Positions 1-9,656 of a DNA stretch of 24,000 nucleotides are shown in pieces. The DNA comes from Methylococcus sp. (GTDB lineage Bacteria; Pseudomonadota; Gammaproteobacteria; Methylococcales; Methylococcaceae): assembly GCA_035559395.1 (NCBI GenBank), contig DATMAX010000013.1:117103-141102 (forward strand), written 5' to 3'. The notes beneath the pieces are model-generated. The model was not told the DNA's origin. It ran no database searches and saw only the letters and a program-made list of their open reading frames with translations. A program made the translations under genes and the position numbers. Numbering within the stretch: position 1 is the first letter of the stretch; each line of letters opens with the position of its first letter.

Positions 1-53
1 GGGAAGGCCTACACTCTCGCTGGCTGGAAACGGGTTCGGCGCGCCGCGATCGA

Positions 54-2288
54 TCAGAGCTTTTCCATGCGGTCGACACGCTGGAACCCCCGAGGGAGCA
101 AATGGCCGCGGCTTCCCCGCGAACCACAGTAGGGTTGCAGATCGGCCGGTGGAAGGGTCAGGGTCCGCTTGCCGGCGATTATGCGCAGCGTGCAGTCGGC
201 CGAAAGGCAGGCAGCGGCGACGAGGAAGTCTTGCCGTACGGCGAAATCGGCCGGTGGGATTCCCAGCAACTTGTTGCCCTTGCCTTTGTTGAACCGCGGG
301 ACTTCTGCGGCGGGATAGACTAATAAACGGCCCCGCGCCGAGACACAGGCGATCCAGTCGGTGTCCGGATTCGACACGGGAACGGGCATCAGGACCCGCG
401 AGCCTTCCGGTACGGTCAGCAGGGACTTGCCAGAGCGATTCTTGGATCCCAATTCTCCCAATTGCACCAGAAAACCATAACCGGCATCGCTCGCCAACAG
501 ATGCCAGTCCTCTTCCCGCCCCGCCAGAACCGCGACGAACCCGGCTCCTGGGGGTGGGTTGAGACGACTGGTCAACGGCTCCCCCTGGCTGCGCGCCGAA
601 GGCAGGTCACGGACGGGGAGGCTATAGCTGCGTCCGGTAGTATCGAGAACGTAGACCGGTCGGGTCGAACGCCCAAGCGCCGCACAGAGGAATTGGTCGC
701 CGGCGCGATAGTGGAGCGCCTTTGGGTCGACTTCGTGTCCCTTGGCCGCACGCACCCAGCCTTTCTCGGAAAGAATCACCGTGACCGGTTCACTAGTCAT
801 CAGCGCGGTCGTATCCAAGGGTTGAGCGGCAGGTCTGACGACTACGGGAGAACGACGGGCGTCACCGAATCGTTCGGCGTCCTGGCGGAGTTCCCGCTGG
901 ATCAAGGCATCCAACTCGCTGCGGGAGCCCAACACCTCTTCCAGTTGTGCCCGCTCCCGTTGCAGTTCATCGCGCTCACCGTGAATGCGGATTTCTTCCA
1001 GTTTGGCGAGGTGCCGCAGCTTGAGTTCCAGAATGGCTTCGGCTTGCGCGTCGGTGAGACCGAAACGAGCCATGAGGACGGGTTTCGGTTCGTCTTCCCG
1101 GCGCAGGATGGCGATGACTTCGTCGAGGTTGAGAAAAGCGATCAGCAAGCCTGCCAGGACATGCAGGCGCGCCAGGACCTTGTCCAGTCGATGTTGCAAG
1201 CGGCGGCGCACGGTTTCCCGGCGAAACGTCAGCCACTCCAGGAGGATCGTACGCAGGTTCTTGATGCGGGGCTTGCCGTCGAGGCCGATGATGTTGAGAT
1301 TGACGCGATAAGAGCGCTCCAGATCGGTCGTGGCGTACAAATGGGACATGAGGGATTCCACGTCGATCTTGCGGGACTTCGGCAGAATCACCAGACGGGT
1401 CGGATTCTCGTGATCCGACTCGTCGCGCAGATCCTCCACCAGCGGCAGCTTCTTGGCCTCCATCTGCTCGGCGATCTGTTCCAAGATCTTGGCTCCGGAA
1501 ACCTGAAACGGCAGGGCGGTGATGACCAGATTGCCATCCTCCACCTCATAGCGGGCGCGCAGGCGCACGGATCCCGTCCCGGTCTCATAGAGCTTCACCA
1601 ACTCCGTGCGTGGGGTAATGATCTCGGCTTCGGTCGAGAAATCGGGCCCGCGCACATGGCGACAAAGCTCTTCCACCGTAGCCTGCGGACGATCGATCAG
1701 CAGAATCAGGGCGTCGACGATTTCCCGCAGATTGTGCGGCGGAATGTCGGTGGCCATGCCGACCGCGATACCGGTCGCGCCGTTGAGGAGGATGTTCGGC
1801 AACCGTGCAGGCAACAGCCGCGGTTCCTCGATTGTGCCGTCGAAATTCGGCATCCAGTCGACCGCGCCCTGTTCCAACTCCGCCAACAGGCTATGGGCAT
1901 AGGGCGTCAACCGCGCCTCGGTATAGCGCATCGCGGCAAAGGATTTTGGGTCGTCCGGCGAGCCCCAGTTGCCCTGTCCGTCGATCAGGGGATAGCGATA
2001 GGAAAACGGCTGTGCCATCAGCACCATCGCCTCATAACAGGCCAGATCGCCGTGCGGATGGTACTTGCCGAGCACGTCACCGACCGTGCGTGCCGATTTC
2101 TTCGGCTTGGCGTTGGCCGACAGCCCCAGTTCCGACATGGCATAGACAATGCGCCGCTGTACCGGTTTTAGCCCATCGGCGATGTGGGGCAAGGCCCGGT
2201 CCAAGATGACGTACATGGCGTAATCCAGATACGCCTTTTCGGTGAAATCCCGCAGAGGGATGCGCTCGTGGGTAACGTTTTCACTCAT
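54..2288 (-). CDS. parC: DNA topoisomerase IV subunit A
   Basis: 744-aa ORF. N-terminus '[45 protein letters not shown]' is the canonical ParC/GyrA start. Catalytic-Tyr motif '[10 protein letters not shown]' is present. It lies 17 nt downstream of parE on the same strand, the classic parE-parC pairing. Confidence 0.96.
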   Translation of the reverse strand: MSENVTHERIPLRDFTEKAYLDYAMYVILDRALPHIADGLKPVQRRIVYAMSELGLSANAKPKKSARTVGDVLGKYHPHGDLACYEAMVLMAQPFSYRYPLIDGQGNWGSPDDPKSFAAMRYTEARLTPYAHSLLAELEQGAVDWMPNFDGTIEEPRLLPARLPNILLNGATGIAVGMATDIPPHNLREIVDALILLIDRPQATVEELCRHVRGPDFSTEAEIITPRTELVKLYETGTGSVRLRARYEVEDGNLVITALPFQVSGAKILEQIAEQMEAKKLPLVEDLRDESDHENPTRLVILPKSRKIDVESLMSHLYATTDLERSYRVNLNIIGLDGKPRIKNLRTILLEWLTFRRETVRRRLQHRLDKVLARLHVLAGLLIAFLNLDEVIAILRREDEPKPVLMARFGLTDAQAEAILELKLRHLAKLEEIRIHGERDELQRERAQLEEVLGSRSELDALIQRELRQDAERFGDARRSPVVVRPAAQPLDTTALMTSEPVTVILSEKGWVRAAKGHEVDPKALHYRAGDQFLCAALGRSTRPVYVLDTTGRSYSLPVRDLPSARSQGEPLTSRLNPPPGAGFVAVLAGREEDWHLLASDAGYGFLVQLGELGSKNRSGKSLLTVPEGSRVLMPVPVSNPDTDWIACVSARGRLLVYPAAEVPRFNKGKGNKLLGIPPADFAVRQDFLVAAACLSADCTLRIIAGKRTLTLPPADLQPYCGSRGSRGHLLPRGFQRVDRMEKL

Positions 2289-2305
2289 GATTGCTTTGCT
2301 TCCCC

Positions 2306-4192
2306 TCAGAGATCGGCCAGGTCGCCCTTTTCCTCCAGCCAGACCCGACGATCCCCGGCCCGCTTCTTGGCGAGCAACAGGTCCAGCCGCTCGTCGGTGG
2401 CGGCCGGATCGTCCACCGTGAGCTGTACCAGCCGCCGCGTGTCGGGATTCATGGTGGTCTCCCGCAGCTGCGCGGGATTCATCTCACCGAGACCCTTGAA
2501 ACGTAACACGTTGATCTTCCCTTTGATTTTTTCCGCCGCGATGCGATCCAGCACCCCCTGCTTTTCGGCATCGTCAAGGGCGTAGTACACCCGTTGGCCC
2601 ACGTCGATCCGGTAAAGGGGCGGCATCGCGATGTAGACGTGACCGGCCTCGACCAGAGGGCGAAAGTGACGCAAAAACAACGCACACAGCAGAGTGGCAA
2701 TGTGATTGCCATCGGAATCGGCGTCGGCCAGGATACAGACTTTGCCGTAGCGCAGACGGCCCAAGTCCGACGAAGCCGGCTCGACGCCGAGAGCGAGACT
2801 GATGTCATAGACCTCCTGCGAATCCAGGATGTTGGCTGAATCGAGTTCCCAGGTGTTCAAGATCTTTCCCCGCAACGGCATGATCGCCTGGAAATCTTTG
2901 TCGCGCGCTTGCTTGGCGGAACCCCCGGCGGAATCGCCTTCGACCAGGAACAGCTCGGTTCGAGCGCAATCCTGGGCGGCACAATCGGCCAATTTGCCCG
3001 GAAGAGCAGGACCACCGCTCGTTTTCTTGCGCGCAGCCTGACGGCCGGCGCGAACTCGTTTCTGCGCATTCTCGATGACCTGGGCGGCGATCTGTTCGCC
3101 CTGCAGCGGATGCTGGTTGAGCCAGAGACTGAACGAATCGGCAACTACCCCGGACACGAAGGAGGCACACTCCCGCGAATTCAGCCTTTCCTTGGTCTGG
3201 CCAGCGAACTGCGGCTCCTGCAATTTCACCGACAGAACGTAGTTGCAGCGCTCCCAGACGTCGTCGGGCGCAATCTTGATGCCACGCGGGAGAATGCCGC
3301 GGTATTCGCAGAATTCGCGCAAAGCCTCGGTCAGGCCGGTGCGCAAGCCATTCACGTGGGTGCCCCCTTGCGGGGTGGGCACGAGGTTGACATAGCTCTC
3401 CGTAATCGGCGTACCCGCCTCCAAACTCCACACGACCGCCCAATCCGCGCTTTCCTGGCGCCCCGCCATGGCCCCGGTGAAAGGCTCCTCGGGAATGCAG
3501 GGCATCCCCTGAAGCTGCCCCAGCAGATATTGGGTCAAACCGTTCTCGAAACACCAGGTCTCGGTTTCTCCGCTCGCTTCGTCGACGAACCGGATCGTCA
3601 ATCCGGGGCACAACACCGCCTTGGCGCGCAATAAACGGCGCAGACGCGAACGCGAGAAGTGGGGGTTGTCGAAATAACGGGCCTCCGGCCAGAACCGCAC
3701 CGTGGTTCCGGTGTCCCGGCGCGAAACCACGCCGACTTCGGCGAGATCCGCGCGCTTCTCCCCGTGCTCGAACACCATCGCGTGCACTTTGCCACCGCGC
3801 CGGACTTCGACCTGCAGACGCCGCGACAGCGCGTTGACCACCGAAACCCCGACTCCATGCAATCCGCCGGCATAGCGGTAGACTCCTTGCGAAAACTTTC
3901 CCCCGGCGTGCAGTTTGGTCAGAATCACCTCGACGCCCGACACGCCCAGTTCGGGATGGAGATCGACCGGCATGCCCCGACCGTCGTCGGCCACTTCCAG
4001 GCCGCCGTCGGCCAAAAGCCGAACGGTGATGTTATGGGCGTACCCGGCAAGGGCCTCGTCCACCGCGTTGTCGATCACCTCTTGCGCGAGATGGTCGGGA
4101 CGGGTGGTATCGGTATACATGCCCGGTCGCCGGCGGACCGGATCGAGACCGCTCAACACTTCGATGGCGGCGGCATCGTACGCTTCAGTCAT
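2306..4192 (-). CDS. parE: DNA topoisomerase IV subunit B
   Basis: The ORF track runs to 4423, but homology starts at the internal ATG (rev-comp 'cat' at 4190-4192): '[32 protein letters not shown]', near-identical in pattern to the E. coli ParE N-terminus. GHKL ATPase motifs ('EVIDNAVDE', 'DDGRGMP') and Toprim motifs ('[13 protein letters not shown]', 'DADSDGNHI') are present. This gives 628 aa, the normal ParE length. Confidence 0.96.
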   Translation of the reverse strand: MTEAYDAAAIEVLSGLDPVRRRPGMYTDTTRPDHLAQEVIDNAVDEALAGYAHNITVRLLADGGLEVADDGRGMPVDLHPELGVSGVEVILTKLHAGGKFSQGVYRYAGGLHGVGVSVVNALSRRLQVEVRRGGKVHAMVFEHGEKRADLAEVGVVSRRDTGTTVRFWPEARYFDNPHFSRSRLRRLLRAKAVLCPGLTIRFVDEASGETETWCFENGLTQYLLGQLQGMPCIPEEPFTGAMAGRQESADWAVVWSLEAGTPITESYVNLVPTPQGGTHVNGLRTGLTEALREFCEYRGILPRGIKIAPDDVWERCNYVLSVKLQEPQFAGQTKERLNSRECASFVSGVVADSFSLWLNQHPLQGEQIAAQVIENAQKRVRAGRQAARKKTSGGPALPGKLADCAAQDCARTELFLVEGDSAGGSAKQARDKDFQAIMPLRGKILNTWELDSANILDSQEVYDISLALGVEPASSDLGRLRYGKVCILADADSDGNHIATLLCALFLRHFRPLVEAGHVYIAMPPLYRIDVGQRVYYALDDAEKQGVLDRIAAEKIKGKINVLRFKGLGEMNPAQLRETTMNPDTRRLVQLTVDDPAATDERLDLLLAKKRAGDRRVWLEEKGDLADL

Positions 4193-4264
4193 GGATAAAC
4201 ATGCAGGGTGGGGATATTCCGGCGACGGAGGGGGCGGAACGATTCGGAAAACCGGACGGTGCAT

Positions 4265-4293
4265 TTTAAACGACTTGCTGATTTTGAGATAAT
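4265..4293 (+). promoter_or_regulatory. Candidate sigma70 promoter for xseB-ispA-dxs-apt
   Basis: TTTAAA (4265-4270), 17-nt spacer, GATAAT (4288-4293), about 58 nt upstream of the xseB ATG. Hexamer matching by eye only. Confidence 0.3.
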
Positions 4294-4351
4294 CTGTTGC
4301 GAACACCCAACGCCTCGCCTCTCTACTTAATCTCTTACTCAGACCCCACTC

Positions 4352-4582
4352 ATGGCCAAGAAAACACTCCGCTTCGAAGAGGCACTCGACGAACTCGAGC
4401 AATTGGTCGAACGAATGGAGCAAGGCAACCTCTCCCTGGATGAATCGTTGAAACTATTCGAACGAGGAGTGGAACTCACCCGCACCTGCCAGAAAGCACT
4501 GCAGGAAGCCGAACAAAAGGTGCAAATCCTGCTAGAAGAAACCGGTGGAGCCACATTGAGCCCTTTTCATGATGAATCTTGA
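4352..4582 (+). CDS. xseB: Exodeoxyribonuclease VII small subunit
   Basis: 76 aa. 'FEEALDELEQLVERMEQGNLSLDESLKLFERGVELTRTCQKALQEAEQKV' is the typical XseB helical hairpin sequence. It sits upstream of ispA-dxs as in E. coli. Confidence 0.95.
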   Translation: MAKKTLRFEEALDELEQLVERMEQGNLSLDESLKLFERGVELTRTCQKALQEAEQKVQILLEETGGATLSPFHDES

Positions 4583-5474
4583 ATCGTCTTTGCGTGATTT
4601 CATGGAGGCTTGTCAACGGCGGATGGAGAGCGCCCTGGAGGTTCGCCTCCCCGCCGCCGACCGCATGCCTGCCCGGCTGCACCAGGCCATGCGTTATGCC
4701 GTGCTCGGCGGTGGCAAACGCCTCAGACCCCTGCTCACCTATGCCACGGGTCGCGCCCTCGGCACTCCATTGGAAGTACTGGACGGACCGGCCTGTGCGG
4801 TGGAATTGATCCATGTCTATTCGCTCGTCCACGACGATTTGCCGGCAATGGACAACGACGACTTGCGACGGGGGAAACCAACCTGTCACAAGGCTTTCGA
4901 CGAAGCGACCGCGATCCTCGCGGGGGACGCCCTCCAGGCCCTGGCGTTTTATCTCTTGGCCCACGATCCGAGCATCGCCGTCCCGGATTCGCATCGCGTC
5001 GCCATGATCGAGACGCTCGCCCAAGCGAGCGGCTCGCACGGCATGGTTGGGGGACAGGCCATCGATCTCGAGGCAGTGGGCAAGACCCTGGATCTTCCGG
5101 GACTGGAGAACATGCACATCCGCAAGACCGGAGCCCTCATCCATGCCGGCGTGCGCTTGGCGTACCTGACCCGCCCCGACCTGCCCGCGGATGTCTCGGA
5201 TCGCCTCGACCATTACGCCAGATGCATCGGACTCGCGTTCCAGATTCAGGACGACATCCTCGACGAGGAAAGCGACAGCGAGACGCTGGGAAAAACGCCA
5301 GGCAAAGACCGTATCCACAACAAGCCCAACTATCCGGCTCTGTTGGGACTCGCCGGTGCCAAGCAGAAGGCCGAGGAACTGCACGAAGCCGCCTTGGAGG
5401 CCCTGCGGGATTTCGGAGCCGAAATGGATCTGCTGCGTGAACTGTCCCGATTCATCATTCAGCGCCGAAACTAG
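4569..5474 (+). CDS. ispA: Farnesyl diphosphate synthase ((2E,6E)-FPP synthase)
   Basis: 301 aa. First Asp-rich motif 'LVHDDLPAMDNDDLRRGKPT' and second Asp-rich motif 'FQIQDDILD' are present. The start overlaps the xseB 3' end by 14 nt. Confidence 0.95.
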   Translation: MMNLESSLRDFMEACQRRMESALEVRLPAADRMPARLHQAMRYAVLGGGKRLRPLLTYATGRALGTPLEVLDGPACAVELIHVYSLVHDDLPAMDNDDLRRGKPTCHKAFDEATAILAGDALQALAFYLLAHDPSIAVPDSHRVAMIETLAQASGSHGMVGGQAIDLEAVGKTLDLPGLENMHIRKTGALIHAGVRLAYLTRPDLPADVSDRLDHYARCIGLAFQIQDDILDEESDSETLGKTPGKDRIHNKPNYPALLGLAGAKQKAEELHEAALEALRDFGAEMDLLRELSRFIIQRRN

Positions 5475-5625
5475 TGTGGCCAACCACGAACCGGGGTATT
5501 CTTTCCTTGCTAAGGCCGGCTCCCAAACCCCATAATTCCCGAGCGACGAACTTGGTTACCGATTGGTATTTCCGTCTGGATTCCCGAAGTCTTCGGCCAG
5601 ACCAAGCAATTTGGAACGCGATTAC

Positions 5626-7545
5626 ATGACCGAAGCGAACAGATACCCTCTTCTCAAGCAGATCGACAGCCCCACCGACCTCCGCAAGCTCCCGGAAGAC
5701 CAGTTGCCTCGCTTGGCGGAGGAATTGCGCGCCTATCTCTTGGAAAGCGTGAGTCGATCTGGCGGTCATCTGGCAGCCGGGTTGGGTACGGTCGAACTGA
5801 CCATCGCTCTGCATTACGTATTCCAGACCCCGGACGACAGACTGGTATGGGACGTGGGACACCAGGCCTATCCGCACAAGATCCTCACCGGGCGCCGTGA
5901 TCGCCTTCCCACGATCCGCAAAAAGAACGGCCTGTCGGCATTTCCCTGTCGCACGGAAAGTCCTTACGACTGCTTCGGCGTAGGCCATTCGAGTACCTCG
6001 ATCAGCGCCGCGCTCGGCATGGCGATCGCCGCCGCGCTCGATCAGCGCCCCACCCATGCGGTGGCGATCATCGGCGATGGCGGCCTCACCGGAGGGATGG
6101 CTTTCGAAGCACTGAACCATGCCGGCACGTTGGACGCCAACCTCCTGATCGTGCTCAACGACAACGAGATGTCCATTTCGCCGAACGTGGGGGCTCTCAA
6201 CAATTATCTCGCCAAGGTATTGACGAGCAAGTTTTACTCGACCGTGCGCGAGGGTAGTAAACAGTTGCTGAGCCGCCACATCCCTGGCGCTTGGGAACTG
6301 GCGCGGCGGGCCGAGGAGCACTTCAAGGGCATGGTGGCACCGGGAACCTTGTTCGAGGAGCTCGGATTCCATTACTTTGGCCCCATCGACGGTCACGATC
6401 TCGATACCCTGGTCACCACCCTGCGCAATCTGCGTGAACTGAAGGGGCCCCGGTTCCTGCATGTCGTCACCCGCAAGGGCAAAGGCTATCCCCCCGCCGA
6501 AAAGGACCCCGTCGCTTATCATGGGGTCGGGGCATTCGATCTCGAATCGGACCATCTGCCGGAAACAAAACCCGGCACCCCCACCTTCACCGAAGTGTTC
6601 GGACGCTGGCTCTGCGACATGGCGGCGCAGGACCGGCGCCTGATCGGGATCACCCCCGCCATGCGGGAGGGCTCGGGACTCGTGGAATTCTCGCGATGCT
6701 TCCCGGAGCGCTATTTCGACGTAGGCATCGCCGAACAACACGCGGTCACCTTGGCGGCTGGTTTGGCCTGCGAGGGCTACAAACCGGTGGTCGCGATCTA
6801 TTCCACCTTTCTGCAACGGGCCTATGACCAACTGATCCATGACGTCGCCCTGCAGAATCTGCCGGTTTTGTTCGCCATCGACCGGGCCGGGCTGGTGGGG
6901 CCGGATGGGCCGACCCATGCCGGCAGCTTCGACCTGAGCTACTTGCGCTGCATCCCGAATCTGACCGTCATGGCGCCGGCGGACGAAAACGAATGCCGCC
7001 AGATGCTGTATACCGCCTTCCTTCAGGACGGTCCTACCGCGGTGAGATATCCGCGCGGCAAAGGCCCGGGGGTCCCGGTCATGGAAACGATGACCGCCCT
7101 GCCGATCGGCAAGGCCGAAATCCGGCGTTCAGGAAAGGAAATCGCTATTCTCGCCTTCGGTACGGTCCTGAGTCCTGCCTTGGCCGTCGGTACAAGACTC
7201 GATGCGACGGTCGTCAACATGCGTTTCGTGAAGCCTCTGGACGAGGCATTGATCCTGGAGTTGGTCAGGACGCATTCCTGTATCGTCACGATCGAAGAAA
7301 ACGCAACGGCCGGTGGTGCCGGCAGCGCGGTCAACGAATTGCTCCATGCGCACCGATGCACGGTGCCGGTTTGCAATCTCGGCCTCGCCGATGTGTTCCT
7401 CGAACATGGCAGCCGCGAAGAACTCCTCGCCCTGAGTGGTCTCGACGAGGTCGGAATTGCCCAATCCATCGACCGGTTTCTGCAGGAACTGGCGATCCCC
7501 TTGCGTACCGTCCGCATGCGCTCCGGAATGCAGGCGAAACCTTGA
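5626..7545 (+). CDS. dxs: 1-deoxy-D-xylulose-5-phosphate synthase
   Basis: The track ORF starts at a TTG (5563). Homology begins at ATG 5626: '[22 protein letters not shown]...[21 protein letters not shown]...[18 protein letters not shown]'. ThDP motif '[19 protein letters not shown]...LNDNEMSI' is present. 639 aa. Confidence 0.97.
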   Translation: MTEANRYPLLKQIDSPTDLRKLPEDQLPRLAEELRAYLLESVSRSGGHLAAGLGTVELTIALHYVFQTPDDRLVWDVGHQAYPHKILTGRRDRLPTIRKKNGLSAFPCRTESPYDCFGVGHSSTSISAALGMAIAAALDQRPTHAVAIIGDGGLTGGMAFEALNHAGTLDANLLIVLNDNEMSISPNVGALNNYLAKVLTSKFYSTVREGSKQLLSRHIPGAWELARRAEEHFKGMVAPGTLFEELGFHYFGPIDGHDLDTLVTTLRNLRELKGPRFLHVVTRKGKGYPPAEKDPVAYHGVGAFDLESDHLPETKPGTPTFTEVFGRWLCDMAAQDRRLIGITPAMREGSGLVEFSRCFPERYFDVGIAEQHAVTLAAGLACEGYKPVVAIYSTFLQRAYDQLIHDVALQNLPVLFAIDRAGLVGPDGPTHAGSFDLSYLRCIPNLTVMAPADENECRQMLYTAFLQDGPTAVRYPRGKGPGVPVMETMTALPIGKAEIRRSGKEIAILAFGTVLSPALAVGTRLDATVVNMRFVKPLDEALILELVRTHSCIVTIEENATAGGAGSAVNELLHAHRCTVPVCNLGLADVFLEHGSREELLALSGLDEVGIAQSIDRFLQELAIPLRTVRMRSGMQAKP

Positions 7546-8060
7546 TGGAAAGATTGCGCAGCCGGATTCGCGACATTCCCGATTTCCCGAAACCGGGCAT
7601 CCTGTTCCGCGACATCACTCCGCTGGTCAAGGACCCCCGTGCGCTCCGACTCGCGGTACACCAGTTGCTGCATCCGTTCCTCGGCGAGGACATCACGGCC
7701 GTCGCCGGCATGGAGGCACGCGGCTTCATATTCGGGTCGCTGGTCGCTTGGGAACTGGGGGTAGGTTTCGTGCCTCTGCGCAAACCCGGCAAGCTCCCCT
7801 ATGACGTGCAGGCGATCCATTACGACTTGGAGTATGGGTCAGGCAGTCTCGAAGTCCACGTCGACGCGGTGGGCATCGGCGACCGGGTGCTTCTGATCGA
7901 CGATCTGTTGGCCACCGGCGGTACGGCCCGGGCGAGTTGTGCTTTGATCGAACGGCTCGGCGCCCAAGTCGTCGCCTGTGCGTTCGTCATCGAACTGGAC
8001 GATCTCGGGGGAAGGAAAGCCCTGCGGGAGTATCGGGTCCATTCCCTGCTCCATTATTGA
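7545..8060 (+). CDS. apt: Adenine phosphoribosyltransferase
   Basis: 171 aa from ATG 7545, which shares one base with the dxs stop (TGATG, stop 7543-7545). 'IPDFPKPGILFRDITPL' and the PRPP loop 'VLLIDDLLATGGTA' are present. The upstream part of the track ORF (6993-7544) lies inside dxs in another frame. Confidence 0.95.
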   Translation: MERLRSRIRDIPDFPKPGILFRDITPLVKDPRALRLAVHQLLHPFLGEDITAVAGMEARGFIFGSLVAWELGVGFVPLRKPGKLPYDVQAIHYDLEYGSGSLEVHVDAVGIGDRVLLIDDLLATGGTARASCALIERLGAQVVACAFVIELDDLGGRKALREYRVHSLLHY

Positions 8061-8084
8061 CCCTCTCTTGCCGTGATTTGGCGC

Positions 8085-8117
8085 ACGAAGAAGCCGGCTT
8101 CCCGCCGGCTTCTTCGT
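8085..8117. terminator. Perfect 14-bp stem-loop between convergent apt and hpnH
   Basis: ACGAAGAAGCCGGC (8085-8098), loop TTCCC, GCCGGCTTCTTCGT (8104-8117). This is an exact reverse complement, checked base by base. There is no clear U-tract on either side, so the intrinsic-terminator call is tentative. The position between two convergent 3' ends fits a bidirectional terminator. Confidence 0.6.
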
Positions 8118-8173
8118 ACTTCCCGCGAAGCGACGATGACCTCGCGGTATCGACTCGCGCTACCAAACCGGAA

Positions 8174-9286
8174 TCATTCGACTGCTTCGATCCGGATTGT
8201 GGGTCGCACTTTGACCGGTTCCGGGGCAGGGTCGGCTTCGTATTCGGGAACCGGTTCCGGGGCCATCGGGCCTTGGGTGCGAGGTCCGAACAGGGCCACC
8301 CAGGCGGCTTTCCAGGGCCTTCGCAGGGCATCTTCGACGGCGCTGGCTTCATAGCCGCAGTGGGCCATGCAATTGGCGCACTTGGGATTCTTCGAATTGC
8401 CGTATTTGTGCCACGGGGTCTCCTCGAGCAAAGCGCGAAACGACGGCGCATAGCCTTCATCCACCAGCAGGTAGCAGGGCTTTTGCCAGCCGAAGACGTT
8501 CCGCGTCGGATTTCCCCAAGGGGTACAGGGATAACCCTGATTGCCGGCGAGAAAATCGAGATAGAGACTGGAGTGATTGAGCCGCCACTTTCTCCCCTTC
8601 CCTAGCCGGAATACCTTGCGGAACAGTTCCTTGCTGTCCCGCATCCGGATGAAGATATCCTGCTGGGGTGCGTGCTCATAACTGAAGCCGGGGGCGATCG
8701 TCACACCTTCGACCCCGAGTCGCGCGGTATAGTCCAGGAACTCCGCCACTTCGGAAGCGGATTCTCCTTGGAACAAGGTGCAGTTGATGGTAACCCGAAA
8801 CCCACGGCGGATCGCCAACTCGATGGCTTCGACCGCCCGATCGAACACACCCGTCTGGCATACCGAAGCGTCATGCCGTTCCCGATTGCCATCGAGATGG
8901 ATGGAAAAAGTCAGATAGGGAGATGGCCGATAGTCGTCGATTCGCTTCTTGAGCAGGAGTGCGTTCGTGCAGAGATAGACATATTTCTTGCGCTCGATGA
9001 TCCCGGCGACGATTTGCGGCAACTCCTTGTGAAGCAACGGCTCGCCACCCGCGATCGAGACGATCGGGGCACCGCACTCATCCACCGCCTTGAGGCACTC
9101 CTCGACGCTCAACCGGCGATTCAGGATCTCATCCGGGTAGTCGATCTTGCCACAGCCTGCACAGGCCAAATTGCAGCGGAACAACGGTTCCAGCATCAAC
9201 ACCAGCGGATACCGTTTGACTCCGAAGATCTTCTGTTTGAGCAAGTACTTTGCCACAGTCAACTGTTGACGCAGTGGAACGCCCAT
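8174..9286 (-). CDS. hpnH: Adenosylhopane synthase, radical SAM (hopanoid side-chain extension)
   Basis: 370 aa. Radical-SAM cluster motif 'CNLACAGC' lies in 'LMLEPLFRCNLACAGCGKIDYP', the characteristic HpnH N-terminal region. Strong SD on the minus strand (GAGGAGAGGA, 3 nt before the ATG). It is adjacent to sqs/shc. Confidence 0.9.
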   Translation of the reverse strand: MGVPLRQQLTVAKYLLKQKIFGVKRYPLVLMLEPLFRCNLACAGCGKIDYPDEILNRRLSVEECLKAVDECGAPIVSIAGGEPLLHKELPQIVAGIIERKKYVYLCTNALLLKKRIDDYRPSPYLTFSIHLDGNRERHDASVCQTGVFDRAVEAIELAIRRGFRVTINCTLFQGESASEVAEFLDYTARLGVEGVTIAPGFSYEHAPQQDIFIRMRDSKELFRKVFRLGKGRKWRLNHSSLYLDFLAGNQGYPCTPWGNPTRNVFGWQKPCYLLVDEGYAPSFRALLEETPWHKYGNSKNPKCANCMAHCGYEASAVEDALRRPWKAAWVALFGPRTQGPMAPEPVPEYEADPAPEPVKVRPTIRIEAVE

Positions 9287-9515
9287 TCATCCTCTCCTCA
9301 GATTCTCGTAACGTGATGGATCACGCCATCTAATGGTTTCTATCGTGCCAACCATGCGGGTGAATCCGGCATTGCCGGAGCCCTACCCGGCAGGGTCAAC
9401 GACGGTGCAACGAATTGATTCCCTCCTGTCACGTTCGGATTCTTGGCCGAAATTTCAATGGTGACAAATCGTCGTCAACGGCATTTCCCTGGCGCGTGGA
9501 GCATGCTAGCATCGC

Positions 9516-9554
9516 GTTGCTTTTTTCTCAACTCATCTTCGATAAAAAAGCAAC
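9516..9554. promoter_or_regulatory. 11-bp perfect inverted repeat in the hpnH/sqs divergent control region
   Basis: GTTGCTTTTTT (9516-9526), 17 nt, AAAAAAGCAAC (9544-9554), ending 5 nt upstream of the predicted sqs -35. A separate 10-bp palindrome ATGCTAGCAT lies at 9503-9512. Confidence 0.45.
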
Positions 9555-9559
9555 AAAAC

Positions 9560-9587
9560 TTGACTGGAAGATTCTCACCAGTAGAAT
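9560..9587 (+). promoter_or_regulatory. Candidate sigma70 promoter of the sqs-shc-hpnG-hpnN-hpnO-copCD unit
   Basis: TTGACT (9560-9565), 16-nt spacer, TAGAAT (9582-9587). Each hexamer matches consensus at 5/6. It sits in the only AT-rich stretch of the 370-bp intergenic region, about 70 nt upstream of the sqs ATG. Confidence 0.55.
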
Positions 9588-9590
9588 CTT
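9568..9590. promoter_or_regulatory. Operator-like inverted repeat overlapping the sqs -10
   Basis: AAGATTCT (9568-9575), 7 nt, AGAATCTT (9583-9590). The arms are perfect 8-bp complements. The right arm covers the TAGAAT -10 hexamer. Confidence 0.4.
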
Positions 9591-9656
9591 GAAATTTTTA
9601 CAAACGAATCGGTCGACTCCAACGCGAGGACAGACGGACTCCAATCCCCGAATTCG

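Noticed and set aside
462-2171. 569-aa ORF on the + strand opposite parC, plus smaller nested ORFs at 976-2209
   Set aside because: It is fully antisense to a strongly supported parC. The translation is Arg/Gly/Gln-rich and low-complexity with no motifs, the usual shadow ORF of a GC-rich gene.
4193-4423. 77-aa N-terminal extension of the parE ORF
   Set aside because: ParE homology begins exactly at the internal Met (4192). The extension has no homology and runs antisense through the xseB start.
5455-6918. 487-aa minus-strand ORF opposite dxs
   Set aside because: Antisense shadow ORF. It has no recognisable domain, and dxs on the + strand is unambiguous.
9566-9592. SigmaE-like reading of the sqs promoter (GGAAGA ... 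TCTTGA)
   Set aside because: The spacing and both elements deviate from GGAACTT-N16-TCTGA. The sigma70 reading fits much better. It may be worth testing experimentally but is not supported by sequence alone.
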